Assembly: GCA_963664115.2 (NCBI GenBank)
Contig: CAXWPJ010000009.1
Coordinates: forward strand, 992,001-1,056,000
Direction of reading: 5' to 3'
From: Terriglobia bacterium
Lineage (GTDB): Bacteria > Acidobacteriota > Terriglobia > 20CM-2-55-15
DNA length: 64,000 bases
Part shown: positions 26,450 through 36,515 of the stretch, piece after piece
Layout of the letters: the number at the start of each line of letters is the position of its first letter
Numbering within the stretch: the stretch's first letter is position 1
Translations under genes and position numbers: made by a program
The notes under the pieces: generated by a model
Told to the model about the DNA's origin: nothing
What the model saw: only the letters and a program-made list of their open reading frames with translations
The model's database searches: none

Positions 26450-28735
26450 TCAAAATCGGTGCGTGTAGATGATCTTCGAGGCTGCTTTGCGGTCGATTGT
26501 CTCGATGCGGGCGGCTTGAGCGATGTCGCCCGGGTTGTCCCGCCAGTTCTGCGTGTAGACGAAGTATATGTCGTTCCCGGGTTTCATGATCCAGCGGAAA
26601 CGCGCCTGCCAGCCGATGATACGGCTCAGAGTGTCGTATTGCAGATTGCTCGCCAGCGATATCCACGGGCTGAACTGTTTGTTGACTTGAGATTGCAGCA
26701 GGCTTGTCGAGAAGCTGCCTTCCCCCAGCTCGACGCGGTTGAACTGTCCGCTGAGGTTGATCACGAGACCGACCTGCGGGCGGATCTCCAGGCGCGGCTC
26801 AAACGCCCGTCGAGTCCCGCTGAAGTAATCGCCCCAGGAATAATCGCCGCCGATCGCGAAGACGCGCTGGTTGCTTGTGCTCCAGGAAACTTCGAAGCGC
26901 GTGAAACGGTATTCCGAGCCCTGGGGCAGGACAATGTCACCCTGGGGCTGGCGGAAGTCGCGCTCGAGGCGTTCATATTCCCGGGAGATCTCAAACTGAA
27001 CGCCGTCCCCGGCATGGGTGCCGACTGAGAGGGGCGAAAAGCGGATGCGGCGCGACAGCAGCGTGTTCGACGAACTGGTGATCCGGTTCACGTTGACGCC
27101 GAAGGAGTACTGCCGGATCACGGGGTGGTTGTCCGGACGGGGCGCTATCGTCAGACCGGTGACCACTTCCTTGATACCGCTCCGGTCATTGAAGCCTACG
27201 GCGGGATCGAAATTCGCCTCCCTTAGGTTCCCGCGGAGACTTGCGTTGATCAGGTCATTCGGGTAGGTAATCCCGAAGGAGCCGCGCGAACTCTTGCCGG
27301 TGCCCGCAGGGTTCGACGTATAGACCATGTCCCCCCGAAACCGCAGGTTTTTGTCTCCCAGAAAAGTCCGGGTGGTGAGATTGTAGTCGAAGGCGATCGT
27401 GTGGCGGGGGTCCGGGACCCCTGAACCCCCGAGTGCGCCGATGGTGTCACTTGCTCTCGCCGCACGACGGGTGTAGAGCATCCCGATCATGGACTCGCTC
27501 CAGAAGCGCTGGGTCCCCCGGAGGATCGTGAAGTCCTCACCGAGCCGGCCGCCCTCTTCTGCGGTCCGCACCTGCATCGCTCCGATATCGTGCGCCCCGA
27601 TCTGTCCGGTCAGTTTTGCCCCGTATTCGATACGCTGCGGTACGCCTTCGTTCAAGCCGATGCGACGGCTGAAAAACGCCTGGAACGGAGTGGCGAGATC
27701 GAAGTAGTTGCTGCCTTCGAGAAAGAATTCGCGCTTTTCCGGGAATCGGATAGGGAATCGCGTGAGGTTGACCTGGCGATCATCGACCTCGGTTTCGGCA
27801 AAGTCCGTGTTGAGCGTGACGCTGGCCCTCAGGTTGGGTGTCACCGCGTAGACGATATCGAGTCCCGTGTCGCCGGTGTAGAGGGTCTGGTTGTTGGGAT
27901 CGGGTCTGCGGGAATCGTAGAGGCCCGAACCCACGACATACGGTTTGACGTCAATGCCAATTCCCTGGTCCACCTCAGACACGTTTGTGAGCAAACCCGC
28001 ATTCGACATGGTTCTCAGGTCCTGGTTCCGGGCGAATCCGTTCCATATGCTTTCTTCGTTCTTCCGGCGGACGGTCCGCTGGAAGTTGATGCCCCAGGCC
28101 GTGCCGTCCGGATTGAAGTTGAGTGTCCGAAAGGGGATCTCGATCTCGGCGATCCACCCGATCTCGGTCCGGCGTATGCGCGCTGTCCAGATCCCGTCCC
28201 AGGCCCGCTGCTGCTCGCCTGCCGGAAAAACCAGGCTGTCGCCCATGGATCCGGAAGGATTGATCTCGAAGAAATAGCCGGACCTTTCGTCCAGATAGGT
28301 GTCGAAGACCCACATGAATCGATCTCCTGAAGAGAGCGCGGCGTCTCGCAACATCGTGTTGCCCATCATGCCTTCGGGGTCGCGGTCGTAACAGATGACA
28401 CCCATGTAGAGGGTGTCCTCGGAGTAGACAATCCGGACCTCCGTGCGTTCGGTGGCCGGCGCGCCGTTGTCCGGATCGACTTGAATGAAATCGGACGCGG
28501 GCTCCGGGCGTTCCCAGAGGGTCTCGTCGAGCACCCCATCCAGATCGATAGCTTCACCCGGCCCGAGCCTGTAGGCCGACACGATTCGGCGGTCGGCGAA
28601 GTCCTCCAGAATGCGCTGCGAGGCGTCGAGAGGTGCTGTCAGCAGGATCGAAACACACAAGAACGGCAATAAGAACAGGTGCGGTAAACGTTTCGGTGCC
28701 GCTCCGTTTCTCAAACGAAGGTCTCCTCGATCCAT
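26450..28735 (-). CDS. DUF5916 / CBM9-like domain outer-membrane protein (paralog 3)
   Basis: LDGVLDE, DTYLDERSGYFFEINPSG, NTDFAETEVDDRQVNLTRF, FPEKREFFLE, FFSRRIG. C-terminal YTHRF. Confidence 0.85.
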   Translation of the reverse strand: MDRGDLRLRNGAAPKRLPHLFLLPFLCVSILLTAPLDASQRILEDFADRRIVSAYRLGPGEAIDLDGVLDETLWERPEPASDFIQVDPDNGAPATERTEVRIVYSEDTLYMGVICYDRDPEGMMGNTMLRDAALSSGDRFMWVFDTYLDERSGYFFEINPSGSMGDSLVFPAGEQQRAWDGIWTARIRRTEIGWIAEIEIPFRTLNFNPDGTAWGINFQRTVRRKNEESIWNGFARNQDLRTMSNAGLLTNVSEVDQGIGIDVKPYVVGSGLYDSRRPDPNNQTLYTGDTGLDIVYAVTPNLRASVTLNTDFAETEVDDRQVNLTRFPIRFPEKREFFLEGSNYFDLATPFQAFFSRRIGLNEGVPQRIEYGAKLTGQIGAHDIGAMQVRTAEEGGRLGEDFTILRGTQRFWSESMIGMLYTRRAARASDTIGALGGSGVPDPRHTIAFDYNLTTRTFLGDKNLRFRGDMVYTSNPAGTGKSSRGSFGITYPNDLINASLRGNLREANFDPAVGFNDRSGIKEVVTGLTIAPRPDNHPVIRQYSFGVNVNRITSSSNTLLSRRIRFSPLSVGTHAGDGVQFEISREYERLERDFRQPQGDIVLPQGSEYRFTRFEVSWSTSNQRVFAIGGDYSWGDYFSGTRRAFEPRLEIRPQVGLVINLSGQFNRVELGEGSFSTSLLQSQVNKQFSPWISLASNLQYDTLSRIIGWQARFRWIMKPGNDIYFVYTQNWRDNPGDIAQAARIETIDRKAASKIIYTHRF

Positions 28736-28865
28736 AGCGGCAGCGACGTTCGTTTATACGTGCCGGTTCTAGTGCACAACGCCATTGTTCTAATGCGTGA
28801 GGAATAGTTGGGCGGAAGGAAAAAGTGGCCCGGTATATTCACAGGCCACCCACATCATGCGTGTT

Positions 28866-29960
28866 CTACCGAAGACCGCTTTCAACGGAGTGCCTGAGGT
28901 TCAGATTTTCCCGGCGAGCCTGGGTCAACCATTCTAGGGTCGCATCCGAACATTCGCTCATTACGGTCTGATAATTCTCGACGGCATCGACGTTTACGAA
29001 GGGATGGGGATCGCCCGGATTGCGAAACCTCAGAGCAGTGAGTTTTTCGAGAGTTTTGTCGTAGTTCGTATGACTCGAAAGATGAACGTCTGCCCGGGCT
29101 TCTCTCGCGATGTCCCGGAAACGCCTCGCCGACGCGGCGTAAATGGGTAGTAACTCGAAGGGGTCCGGGTAGTGCCCGAATCCGAAGGCGGTTCCTCCAA
29201 ACAAGGCGCCGACGTGGAGACGGTTTCCATCCTTGAGCGGCCACAGGGTCGAAATCGTTCCAGGTGTGTGACCCGGCGTCACGTAGAGCGTCACCGTGGT
29301 GTCGCCAAGTGTCAGTTCCATACCATCGGTGGCCACCATGTCTTTTCTGGGCTTGAGGTCCTCCGACATCCCTGCGCTCTCCACCAGGTCCCAGTCCCGG
29401 TTGGCCATGATAATCCGGGAGCCGTAATTGTCCTGAAGCTGCCGGGCTCCGAGAAAATGGTCGGAGTGGCCGTGGCCGATGATGACGTACTTGATATCCG
29501 CAGGATCGAGACCGAACTCGCGCAGCCCGTCAACGATCTGCGCTTCAACCATGTACTCGTGGGCCGTGTCGTGCAGAATAATCCCATCGGAGGTCGTCAT
29601 CGCCCACATCGAGTCGTGATTGCTCCCGATGTAGTACAGGTTGTCGAACACCTGCGCAGGCTCCTGGTACCATGCGTCGCGCGGGGGAATTCGGGGCCCG
29701 GGGTCGAACTGTGGGCCCGGAGGATCCGGGTCCATGACCAACTCGCCGTCGGTGATCATCGTACGGCGGGGGGGACGCTCGCTACAGAGCTGATCGAAAA
29801 GCCCGCTAAAATCGTGTCCTGGCTGGTAGGTAGCTGCTCTGGCTATTGCGGCTTCCGCATCGCCAGCAGTTTCGATGTCCTGGGCAATCGCATTGCTTAC
29901 GCCCCCGGCCAGAAGCAAGAAGCCACAGAGAGCCACTGCCAGACGGCGTTTCCCAGTCAT
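28866..29960 (-). CDS. Secreted metallo-beta-lactamase-fold hydrolase (subclass B3-like)
   Basis: PAQVFDNLYYIG, HGHSDH, TPGHTPG, LSSH, signal peptide. Confidence 0.85.
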   Translation of the reverse strand: MTGKRRLAVALCGFLLLAGGVSNAIAQDIETAGDAEAAIARAATYQPGHDFSGLFDQLCSERPPRRTMITDGELVMDPDPPGPQFDPGPRIPPRDAWYQEPAQVFDNLYYIGSNHDSMWAMTTSDGIILHDTAHEYMVEAQIVDGLREFGLDPADIKYVIIGHGHSDHFLGARQLQDNYGSRIIMANRDWDLVESAGMSEDLKPRKDMVATDGMELTLGDTTVTLYVTPGHTPGTISTLWPLKDGNRLHVGALFGGTAFGFGHYPDPFELLPIYAASARRFRDIAREARADVHLSSHTNYDKTLEKLTALRFRNPGDPHPFVNVDAVENYQTVMSECSDATLEWLTQARRENLNLRHSVESGLR

Positions 29961-30089
29961 ACTCAGTCCTCCTCGGTAGGATATCTGGATTCGATTTGCG
30001 TCGAAGTTGACGCGATCCTATCACACGCTCTCCTAGAGCGCCCCGTGAGCACGGATCGACTTCCCGACAGGCTGGGCCTGCCTGTATTT

Positions 30090-30677
30090 CTAATCGGTCG
30101 CGAAGCAATAGAGCAGGCCGGAACCGCCGCTGTCGGCAATACTCCCGGCGTCGCAGCCTCGGCTCGGGTGCGTCGAATTCCAGGGCGCGTAACCGGCGTT
30201 GCCGCGGCGATTGATATGTCCGAGCGTGCCCAGGTCCTCAACGGCATCACTGGTCCAGTCCTTGCAGGTCAGAGTGTGCCCGTCAAAGTTCAACTGGTCC
30301 ATCAACGCGTATGGCCACGCGGTGCCGTCGATCCGCGAGCCGGTCAGGATGTCGTTACCCTCGGGTGGAACCGGGTCGCCTTTCTCGGTAAGGACGGTCT
30401 GCTCCGTGATGTTGCGCGCGCATTGATGTTCAGCGCGCGGATTGGACTGGCTGAGGTAGGCGTGCCAGTTCTTGTTTCCCTCGCCTGCGGCCCCGGCCAG
30501 CGCCTGGCAATGCATGTCGGCGCCATGGAGGCCACCCAGATCGCCTCCGCCATCGCCCGGGGCCACGCTCGTGACGAAGAAACTCATGCTCGTGTCCTGG
30601 GCCATCGCCGGAGAAGTGGCCAGCGCTAGTAACACGATCAGGGCAAGAACACCGTACATCTTTTTCATCTTTTTCAT
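30090..30677 (-). CDS. Secreted endostatin/C-type-lectin-like protein, possibly with an internal deletion
   Basis: MSFFVTS...LGGLHGADMHCQALA...WHAYLS...DILTGS...TCKDWTS...GH...WNSTHPSRGC...GLLYCFA. Confidence 0.7.
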   Translation of the reverse strand: MKKMKKMYGVLALIVLLALATSPAMAQDTSMSFFVTSVAPGDGGGDLGGLHGADMHCQALAGAAGEGNKNWHAYLSQSNPRAEHQCARNITEQTVLTEKGDPVPPEGNDILTGSRIDGTAWPYALMDQLNFDGHTLTCKDWTSDAVEDLGTLGHINRRGNAGYAPWNSTHPSRGCDAGSIADSGGSGLLYCFATD

Positions 30678-30932
30678 GTTTCGGTTCTCCTTTCGTAGTC
30701 CAGATCGTCACGGCCGCAGGGTGTCGCCTCCCGCAGTTTCATTCGCTTCGAGAAAAGTAGAACTTATTAGAAAGCGGGTATGCCGGTCAAGAGGATAAGC
30801 GATCCTTTTCAATGCGAAACGATTTCAACAGGATGGCCGTGCTTTCAGCCGGGAACCGGCGGACATCGCGATCATTTTTCGTGACCCTCCCCGCTTCGAA
30901 TTCCGCTGCGCAATCGTAAGCGTTATAAAAGG

Positions 30933-30960
30933 TTGACCCCACGGGTCACTATGGTATATT
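30933..30960 (+). promoter_or_regulatory. Putative sigma70 promoter with an overlapping operator palindrome
   Basis: TTGACC-N16-TATATT with TG upstream of the -10. The inverted repeat TGACCC-CAC-GGGTCA covers the -35. Confidence 0.5.
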
Positions 30961-31086
30961 GCCTCTAATTTCTTGTAGTTACACTGTAGTCAGAAGCAAG
31001 TGAGATGAACTCACAAACAGTTGAGGCAGACCGCTCTGCGTGTGTTTTAAGGGCTGCCTGTCTTGCTCAGATCAGAGGGGTGGAAA

Positions 31087-34000
31087 ATGAAATCAGGAGC
31101 GAGATGTTTGCTGTTGGTCGTCTTGGTGGTCGCTCTGGGTTCGGGCACGATGTGGGCGCAATCGACGGTTGAGATCAGCGGATCGGTGACCGATGCCACG
31201 GGGGCGCTGCTGCCCGGCGTGGACGTGTCAGCTACGAACACCGGCACCGGCATTACCCGGGCGGCGGTATCGAACGAAACCGGATCCTTCGTGCTGACGA
31301 ATCTCCCCACGGGGCCCTACCGTCTGGAGGTGTCATTGCCGGGGTTCCAGACCTATGTCCAGACCGGAATCCAAATGCAGGTCGGCAGCAACGTTCAGAT
31401 TAACGTCGCGCTCGAAGTAGGTCAGGTGGCCCAGACAATCGAAGTTCAGGCCAACGCATCGCTGGTTGAAACGCGGAACGTGTCCATAGGACAGGTCATG
31501 GACAACGAGCGAATTCTGGAACTGCCTCTGAATGGGCGGAACGTCCAGGAGTTGATTACGCTCTCCGGCGGGGCCGTACGGTCGGGAACTTCGAACGCTA
31601 TCGCCCTGCAGGGTATTCCGGAGATTGCGATCGCCGGTGCTTTCCAGAGTGCCACGACATACCTGCTCGATGGCGCGATGCACAATAACACCTACTCGAA
31701 CAACAGCCTGCCGCAGCCGTTTCCGGATGCGCTGCAGGAGTTCCAGGTTGAAACCGGCGTTCGGTCCGCGCGGAGCGGGCGCAACGCGGGTGCCCAGGTC
31801 TCCAGCGTGACGAAGTCGGGGACCAACGAATTCCACGGCAACGCGTTCTGGTTCGTCCGCAACGACCTGTTAAACGCCCGGAATTATTTTTCAACGACCG
31901 GCAGCACCCTGAAACGGAACCAATATGGTGGGACCATCGGCGGTCCGGTCTTCCAGAACCGGCTCTTTTTCTTTGGCGGCTACCAGGGTACGATCGTGCG
32001 GCAGGACCCGGCCGACGAGAGACAGTTTGTGCCGACAGCGGACATGCTGGCGGGCGATTTCACCACCTTCGCCTCCGCAGCCTGCAACAGCGGCCTGGGG
32101 AACTTGAGTTATGCTCCGGATGGCGTCGAGCTTTTCAATAACAATATCATCGACATCGCCAATTTCAGCCCTGCGGCGGTGAATCTAGCGGCTCGGCTGC
32201 CGCAGACAAACGATCCCTGCGGCGAGCTCACCTTCGGTGTAAAAGAGAACACGGACGAGCACCAGGTCGTGAGCCGGATCGACTACCAGTTGAGCGACGA
32301 ACAATCGCTGTTCGGGCGTGTGTATTTCGTCGACCCTGACGAAGCGGTCCCGTTCTCGTTCGACACGAGTAACATCCTGCTTACGGATTTTAACGGCTAC
32401 GACAATTGGGTCGCCGCGTATGCGGTGGGTCATACCTATCTGATCAGCCCAACCACGGTCAACTCAATCCGCCTGAGCGCGAACCGCTGGGAATCCGTCC
32501 GCGCCAAGGGCAGCATTTTCTCGGCACCGGACCTGGGCGTCAACATCTTCTCTTACGAGTCGGACCGGACAAACGTCGGTGTGGACGACGGTTTCGCAAT
32601 GGGAACGAACAACGGTCCCATGATCGGCAACAGCTTCGCCCTCACCGAGGAGTTGAGCCTGACGCGGGGCGATCACCAGTTCACGTTCGGGACGAACGCG
32701 GGGTACTCGATGTCGTTTCTGAGATCGAACGTTCGGACGGCGGGTAACTTCGATTTCGATGGTGATGCAACCGGCCATGGGCTGTCGGACTTCCTCGTAG
32801 GCGCGGTGACTGAGTACCAACAGACCCCGCAAACCAATGCCATCATCACCCAGTGGCACACCGGGTTGTACGGTGCCGACGTCTGGCGGTTGACGCCCCG
32901 CGTGACCGTGAACTATGGCCTGCGCTGGGAGCCTTATTTTCCGCAGGTGCGCCGGAATGGTTCTCTCTCCAACTTCAGTGAAGCCCGTTATGCGGCGGGG
33001 CAGAAGACCAGCGTTTTCGACAACGCTCCGTTCGGGTTCATTTACCCCGGCGATCCGGAATTTGTGCGGAGCACCGCCAGGGGCGACGGCACCTTCCTGG
33101 CGTCGGGTCAAGAAATCCACTGGGGTGATTTCTCGCCGAGGCTGGGCTTGGCCTGGGATGTCTACGGGGACGGACGCATGTCCGTTCGGGCCGCTTTTGG
33201 AAGGTCGTACGAGCAGTTGACGGGCGGACTCTTCGCCGGCTTCATCTCCCCGCCGTGGGACAACCGGGTCATCCTCAGGAGCCCGCCCGGCGGTTTTGAC
33301 GATCCCTGGCGGGGCATTCTCGGGGGCAATCCGTTCCCGACGCCTGAGGGCGCTAGTGCCGATGCATTGTTCGTGGAGGGTGGAAGTTACTACTCGCTTC
33401 CGAGCGACCGCCCGACGACCTCGAGGAACCAGTGGAACCTGAGCGTCCAGAGGCAGTTCGGGCAGGACTTGACCGTGGAGACGACTTACATCGGTAGCCA
33501 GGCGACGAACGTCTGGTATAACAATGCGATCAATTACGGCATATTCGTTCCCGGGGACGGCGACGCCAACGGGAACTGTTTCTATAACGGAGCGGTCGCT
33601 CCGTTCACGGTCAGTGCAGGCAGGGCCTGTTCCACGAACAGCAACCTCAACGACCGCCGCTACCTGAACATGACGTATCCGAACATCGGGGGGACATCCC
33701 TCTCATATGTGGATGAGTACACGAACGGGGGCACGCAGAGCTACCACGGCCTGCTGCTTTCGGTCCAGCGTCGGGCTACCGACGGCGTGAACTTCGGTGG
33801 GAACTATACGTTCTCACACTGTTATGGCGATGACAACGTATCGCAAAGCGGGCATGGAGGGAATCCCGACAGGACCGTCCGTCCCGGCAACCGGGATGCC
33901 GACCGCGGCAATTGCCGCCACGACCGGCGGCACGTCTTCAATTTGACGTCGGTCTTGCAGACGCCGGAGTTTGCCAACCCGACGACGCGGCTCCTGGCCA

Positions 34001-34449
34001 GCAACTGGAGGCTGTCCACGATCTTCAGAAGGTCGTCGGGATCCTGGCTCACCGCGGACCTCGGCCGCCGTCGGGATCAGGCGCGGACCGGTATCGCCGA
34101 CCAGCGGGCGAACCAGGTGCTCGACGATGTGTTCCTGGACAAGTCGGGCGACCCGGGTTCGCTGTATCTGAATGCAGCTGCGTTTGCGACACCCGCCGTG
34201 GGTACGTATGGAAACATGGCCCCCCGGAATATTGAGGGGGTGGGAGTCTGGGATTTCGATGTGGCGCTCGCGAGGTCGTTCCAGTTGGGCGAAACCCAGG
34301 CGCTGGAGTTTCGAGTCGAGGCCTACAACCTGACGAACAGTTTCCGGCCCGTAAATCCGGAAGACAACATTCGGAGTCGCAATTTCGGTAGGATCCGTCG
34401 TTCTGAAGAACCGAGAATCCTGCAGTTCGCATTGAAGTTCGCGTTCTAG
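31087..34449 (+). CDS. TonB-dependent receptor (Oar-like, N-terminal carboxypeptidase-regulatory-like domain)
   Basis: ISGSVTDATGALLPGV...LPLNGRN...PDALQEF...TKSGTNEFHG...RNQYGGTIGGP...PRILQFALKFAF (terminal Phe). Confidence 0.93.
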   Translation: MKSGARCLLLVVLVVALGSGTMWAQSTVEISGSVTDATGALLPGVDVSATNTGTGITRAAVSNETGSFVLTNLPTGPYRLEVSLPGFQTYVQTGIQMQVGSNVQINVALEVGQVAQTIEVQANASLVETRNVSIGQVMDNERILELPLNGRNVQELITLSGGAVRSGTSNAIALQGIPEIAIAGAFQSATTYLLDGAMHNNTYSNNSLPQPFPDALQEFQVETGVRSARSGRNAGAQVSSVTKSGTNEFHGNAFWFVRNDLLNARNYFSTTGSTLKRNQYGGTIGGPVFQNRLFFFGGYQGTIVRQDPADERQFVPTADMLAGDFTTFASAACNSGLGNLSYAPDGVELFNNNIIDIANFSPAAVNLAARLPQTNDPCGELTFGVKENTDEHQVVSRIDYQLSDEQSLFGRVYFVDPDEAVPFSFDTSNILLTDFNGYDNWVAAYAVGHTYLISPTTVNSIRLSANRWESVRAKGSIFSAPDLGVNIFSYESDRTNVGVDDGFAMGTNNGPMIGNSFALTEELSLTRGDHQFTFGTNAGYSMSFLRSNVRTAGNFDFDGDATGHGLSDFLVGAVTEYQQTPQTNAIITQWHTGLYGADVWRLTPRVTVNYGLRWEPYFPQVRRNGSLSNFSEARYAAGQKTSVFDNAPFGFIYPGDPEFVRSTARGDGTFLASGQEIHWGDFSPRLGLAWDVYGDGRMSVRAAFGRSYEQLTGGLFAGFISPPWDNRVILRSPPGGFDDPWRGILGGNPFPTPEGASADALFVEGGSYYSLPSDRPTTSRNQWNLSVQRQFGQDLTVETTYIGSQATNVWYNNAINYGIFVPGDGDANGNCFYNGAVAPFTVSAGRACSTNSNLNDRRYLNMTYPNIGGTSLSYVDEYTNGGTQSYHGLLLSVQRRATDGVNFGGNYTFSHCYGDDNVSQSGHGGNPDRTVRPGNRDADRGNCRHDRRHVFNLTSVLQTPEFANPTTRLLASNWRLSTIFRRSSGSWLTADLGRRRDQARTGIADQRANQVLDDVFLDKSGDPGSLYLNAAAFATPAVGTYGNMAPRNIEGVGVWDFDVALARSFQLGETQALEFRVEAYNLTNSFRPVNPEDNIRSRNFGRIRRSEEPRILQFALKFAF

Positions 34450-34488
34450 TGTTGCGTATTAGAAGTCAGTTGATGTAGTTGGGACATG

Positions 34489-34517
34489 ACTGTGGGGATG
34501 CCAAGCGTCCCCACGGT
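34489..34517 (+). terminator. Hairpin downstream of TBDR 1
   Basis: ACTGTGGGGATGC-CAA-GCGTCCCCACGGT, a 13-bp stem including G-U pairs. No strong U tract. Confidence 0.5.
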
Positions 34518-34815
34518 CCAACTCCAGTCTTTCCGTATTCCGTTCCTCATGAAGGCCTGCCATTAGTCCCTTTCATACCCGTGCATGATTGTCCAACGAA
34601 CCGAGTTCTGTGAATACATCGATGATGTCCATCGGGCCGATTAATCCGTCGCGCCAAAGGGGCGCAGCGTGACCCTGACAGTGACTCCATCGCCCTCCGG
34701 TACGCCGATGGGCGGGATGGAAACGTTGATCAAACAGGACCCGATATTTCGGATGGGCTGCGGCAGGACATAGTTGCGGCCCCTAAGACGGAAACGATCC
34801 AGGGAGGAAAGAAGA

Positions 34816-36456
34816 ATGCGAATCGAAATAATGGCAACTCAGGCGATCGCGGCCAGGGCAATCACCGCAATGTTACTCGCTGTAGTGGCGGTGCTGGGAA
34901 CCTCATCCGTCGCGTCGGGTCAGGGTCCGTCCGCCCCCGGGGGCCGTCTGTCCTCCAGCATCATCGAGGCATCCGTTCTGACGCGGGCGGGACTCCCGTC
35001 CGAGGACATGGCCAAGACCGTCTTGAGCGATGCACTCCGGGGCAACATCCATCCTCAGTGGTTTCGTGTGGAGTCGGGCCGGGCAACGATACATACTTTC
35101 GTGGTCTTTCCGCAGCGTCCAACCCTCGCCCCTGTCGTCCTGATCACATCCGACAGCCAGGGCATGAGCGATTGGCTGCGTGCTATGGGCGATCAGGTGG
35201 CAGCTGAAGGCTTCATTGCTGTTGTCCCGGATCTGCTGTCGGGGATGGGGCCGGACGGCGGCGGCACCGAAGCGTTCGCCGGCCGGGATGCTATTTTTAA
35301 TGTCATTGAGCAGCAGAGACGGGAAATCGCACAGCGGACAGCGGACGTAATGGACTGGGCGATACGTATGCCGGGTTCGAACGGAAACGGGGCCAAGCTC
35401 GAGTTCAACGTCAGAGCCGGCAAGGCACGGATCGATGCGACACGCATAGCGTCGGGGGAGCGAAGCACGGCCACGTTCGAGTTGAAGGAAAACGCCTGGG
35501 AAAACGCTGTGGCATTCCTGGCGAAGACTGAGACCGCTGTTCAGCCCGCCTTTGCCGCGAAGCCAGCGGGCGCTGGCGTACAAACGGCTCTGGGAGCGGC
35601 CGAGTCCGCGGTCCTGGAAGAGTTTTTGAGCGGTGGGCGCACCGATAGGATACCTACGAGAAGCAAGCACCCGGATTTTCCCGCGAATTTTCTGATGGCC
35701 GCCAGAGTCGTCGACGATTCACCCCGGAGAGGTGAGTGGATCGACATTCCTATGGCCAGTGGGACGCAACTTCGCACCTGGATTTCCTATCCCGAAGGCA
35801 ACACCCCGGCGCCCGTGGTGCTTGTCTTTCAGCCGGGTCCCGGCATGGACATGGGCGAGCCGCCTCAGCCCGGTGGCGGCGCCAACTGGCTCCGGGGAAT
35901 CGCCGACCAATTGGCATACGAGGGTTTCATTGCCCTGGTTCCTGATCTGACATCGGGTCTGGGTCCGAACGGAGGGAACTTTGATTCCTTCCAGTATCCT
36001 GACGATGTCGGTATGGCGTTGGGTACGCTCAGCCGCGAGGAGGTTCTCAATCGTGTCCGAGCCACACACGACTACGGGCTCGGACTGGAAATGGCGAGCG
36101 GCACGAGTGCCGCGATCGGATTCTGTTTTGGGGGTGGCCTGGCCTGGGAATCCGCAGCGGCGGTCGAAGGCCTGGACGCTGGCGTCGTCTTTTACGGAGG
36201 CCCGCCCGAGGAGGAAGTGATGGCACGCATCCAGGCCCCGGTGGCAGCCTACTACGGCACGAACGATGTCGGCCTGGCTCCAAGAATCGGAACTGCGACT
36301 GCGGATATGGCGAGGCTTGGGAAAGAGTTCGAGGTGGAAGTCTACGACGAGGCCACGCACGTATTCCTCTATCGTCAGGACCTGAGCAAGAACTCGGCAG
36401 CCACGGTAGACTCGTGGCCCAAGGCGATTGCATTCATGAAGAAGAACACGATGTAA
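34816..36456 (+). CDS. Secreted dienelactone hydrolase family protein with tandem domains (first domain degenerate)
   Basis: Two copies of 'PVVL...WLRxxxDQxAxEGFIAxVPDLxSGxGPxGG'. Only the second has GFCFGG, GTND and ATH. Start codon uncertain. Confidence 0.8.
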   Translation: MRIEIMATQAIAARAITAMLLAVVAVLGTSSVASGQGPSAPGGRLSSSIIEASVLTRAGLPSEDMAKTVLSDALRGNIHPQWFRVESGRATIHTFVVFPQRPTLAPVVLITSDSQGMSDWLRAMGDQVAAEGFIAVVPDLLSGMGPDGGGTEAFAGRDAIFNVIEQQRREIAQRTADVMDWAIRMPGSNGNGAKLEFNVRAGKARIDATRIASGERSTATFELKENAWENAVAFLAKTETAVQPAFAAKPAGAGVQTALGAAESAVLEEFLSGGRTDRIPTRSKHPDFPANFLMAARVVDDSPRRGEWIDIPMASGTQLRTWISYPEGNTPAPVVLVFQPGPGMDMGEPPQPGGGANWLRGIADQLAYEGFIALVPDLTSGLGPNGGNFDSFQYPDDVGMALGTLSREEVLNRVRATHDYGLGLEMASGTSAAIGFCFGGGLAWESAAAVEGLDAGVVFYGGPPEEEVMARIQAPVAAYYGTNDVGLAPRIGTATADMARLGKEFEVEVYDEATHVFLYRQDLSKNSAATVDSWPKAIAFMKKNTM

Positions 36457-36515
36457 GCGTAGAGGGTTTGCCGTTGAGAAATAACGAGCGTATCGAAATC
36501 AATTGGAGGTGTTTC

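Noticed and set aside
34540-34770. Riboswitch or ncRNA in this and the 45430-45940 intergenic gap
   Set aside because: No recognisable conserved aptamer motif by eye. An Rfam/Infernal scan would be needed.
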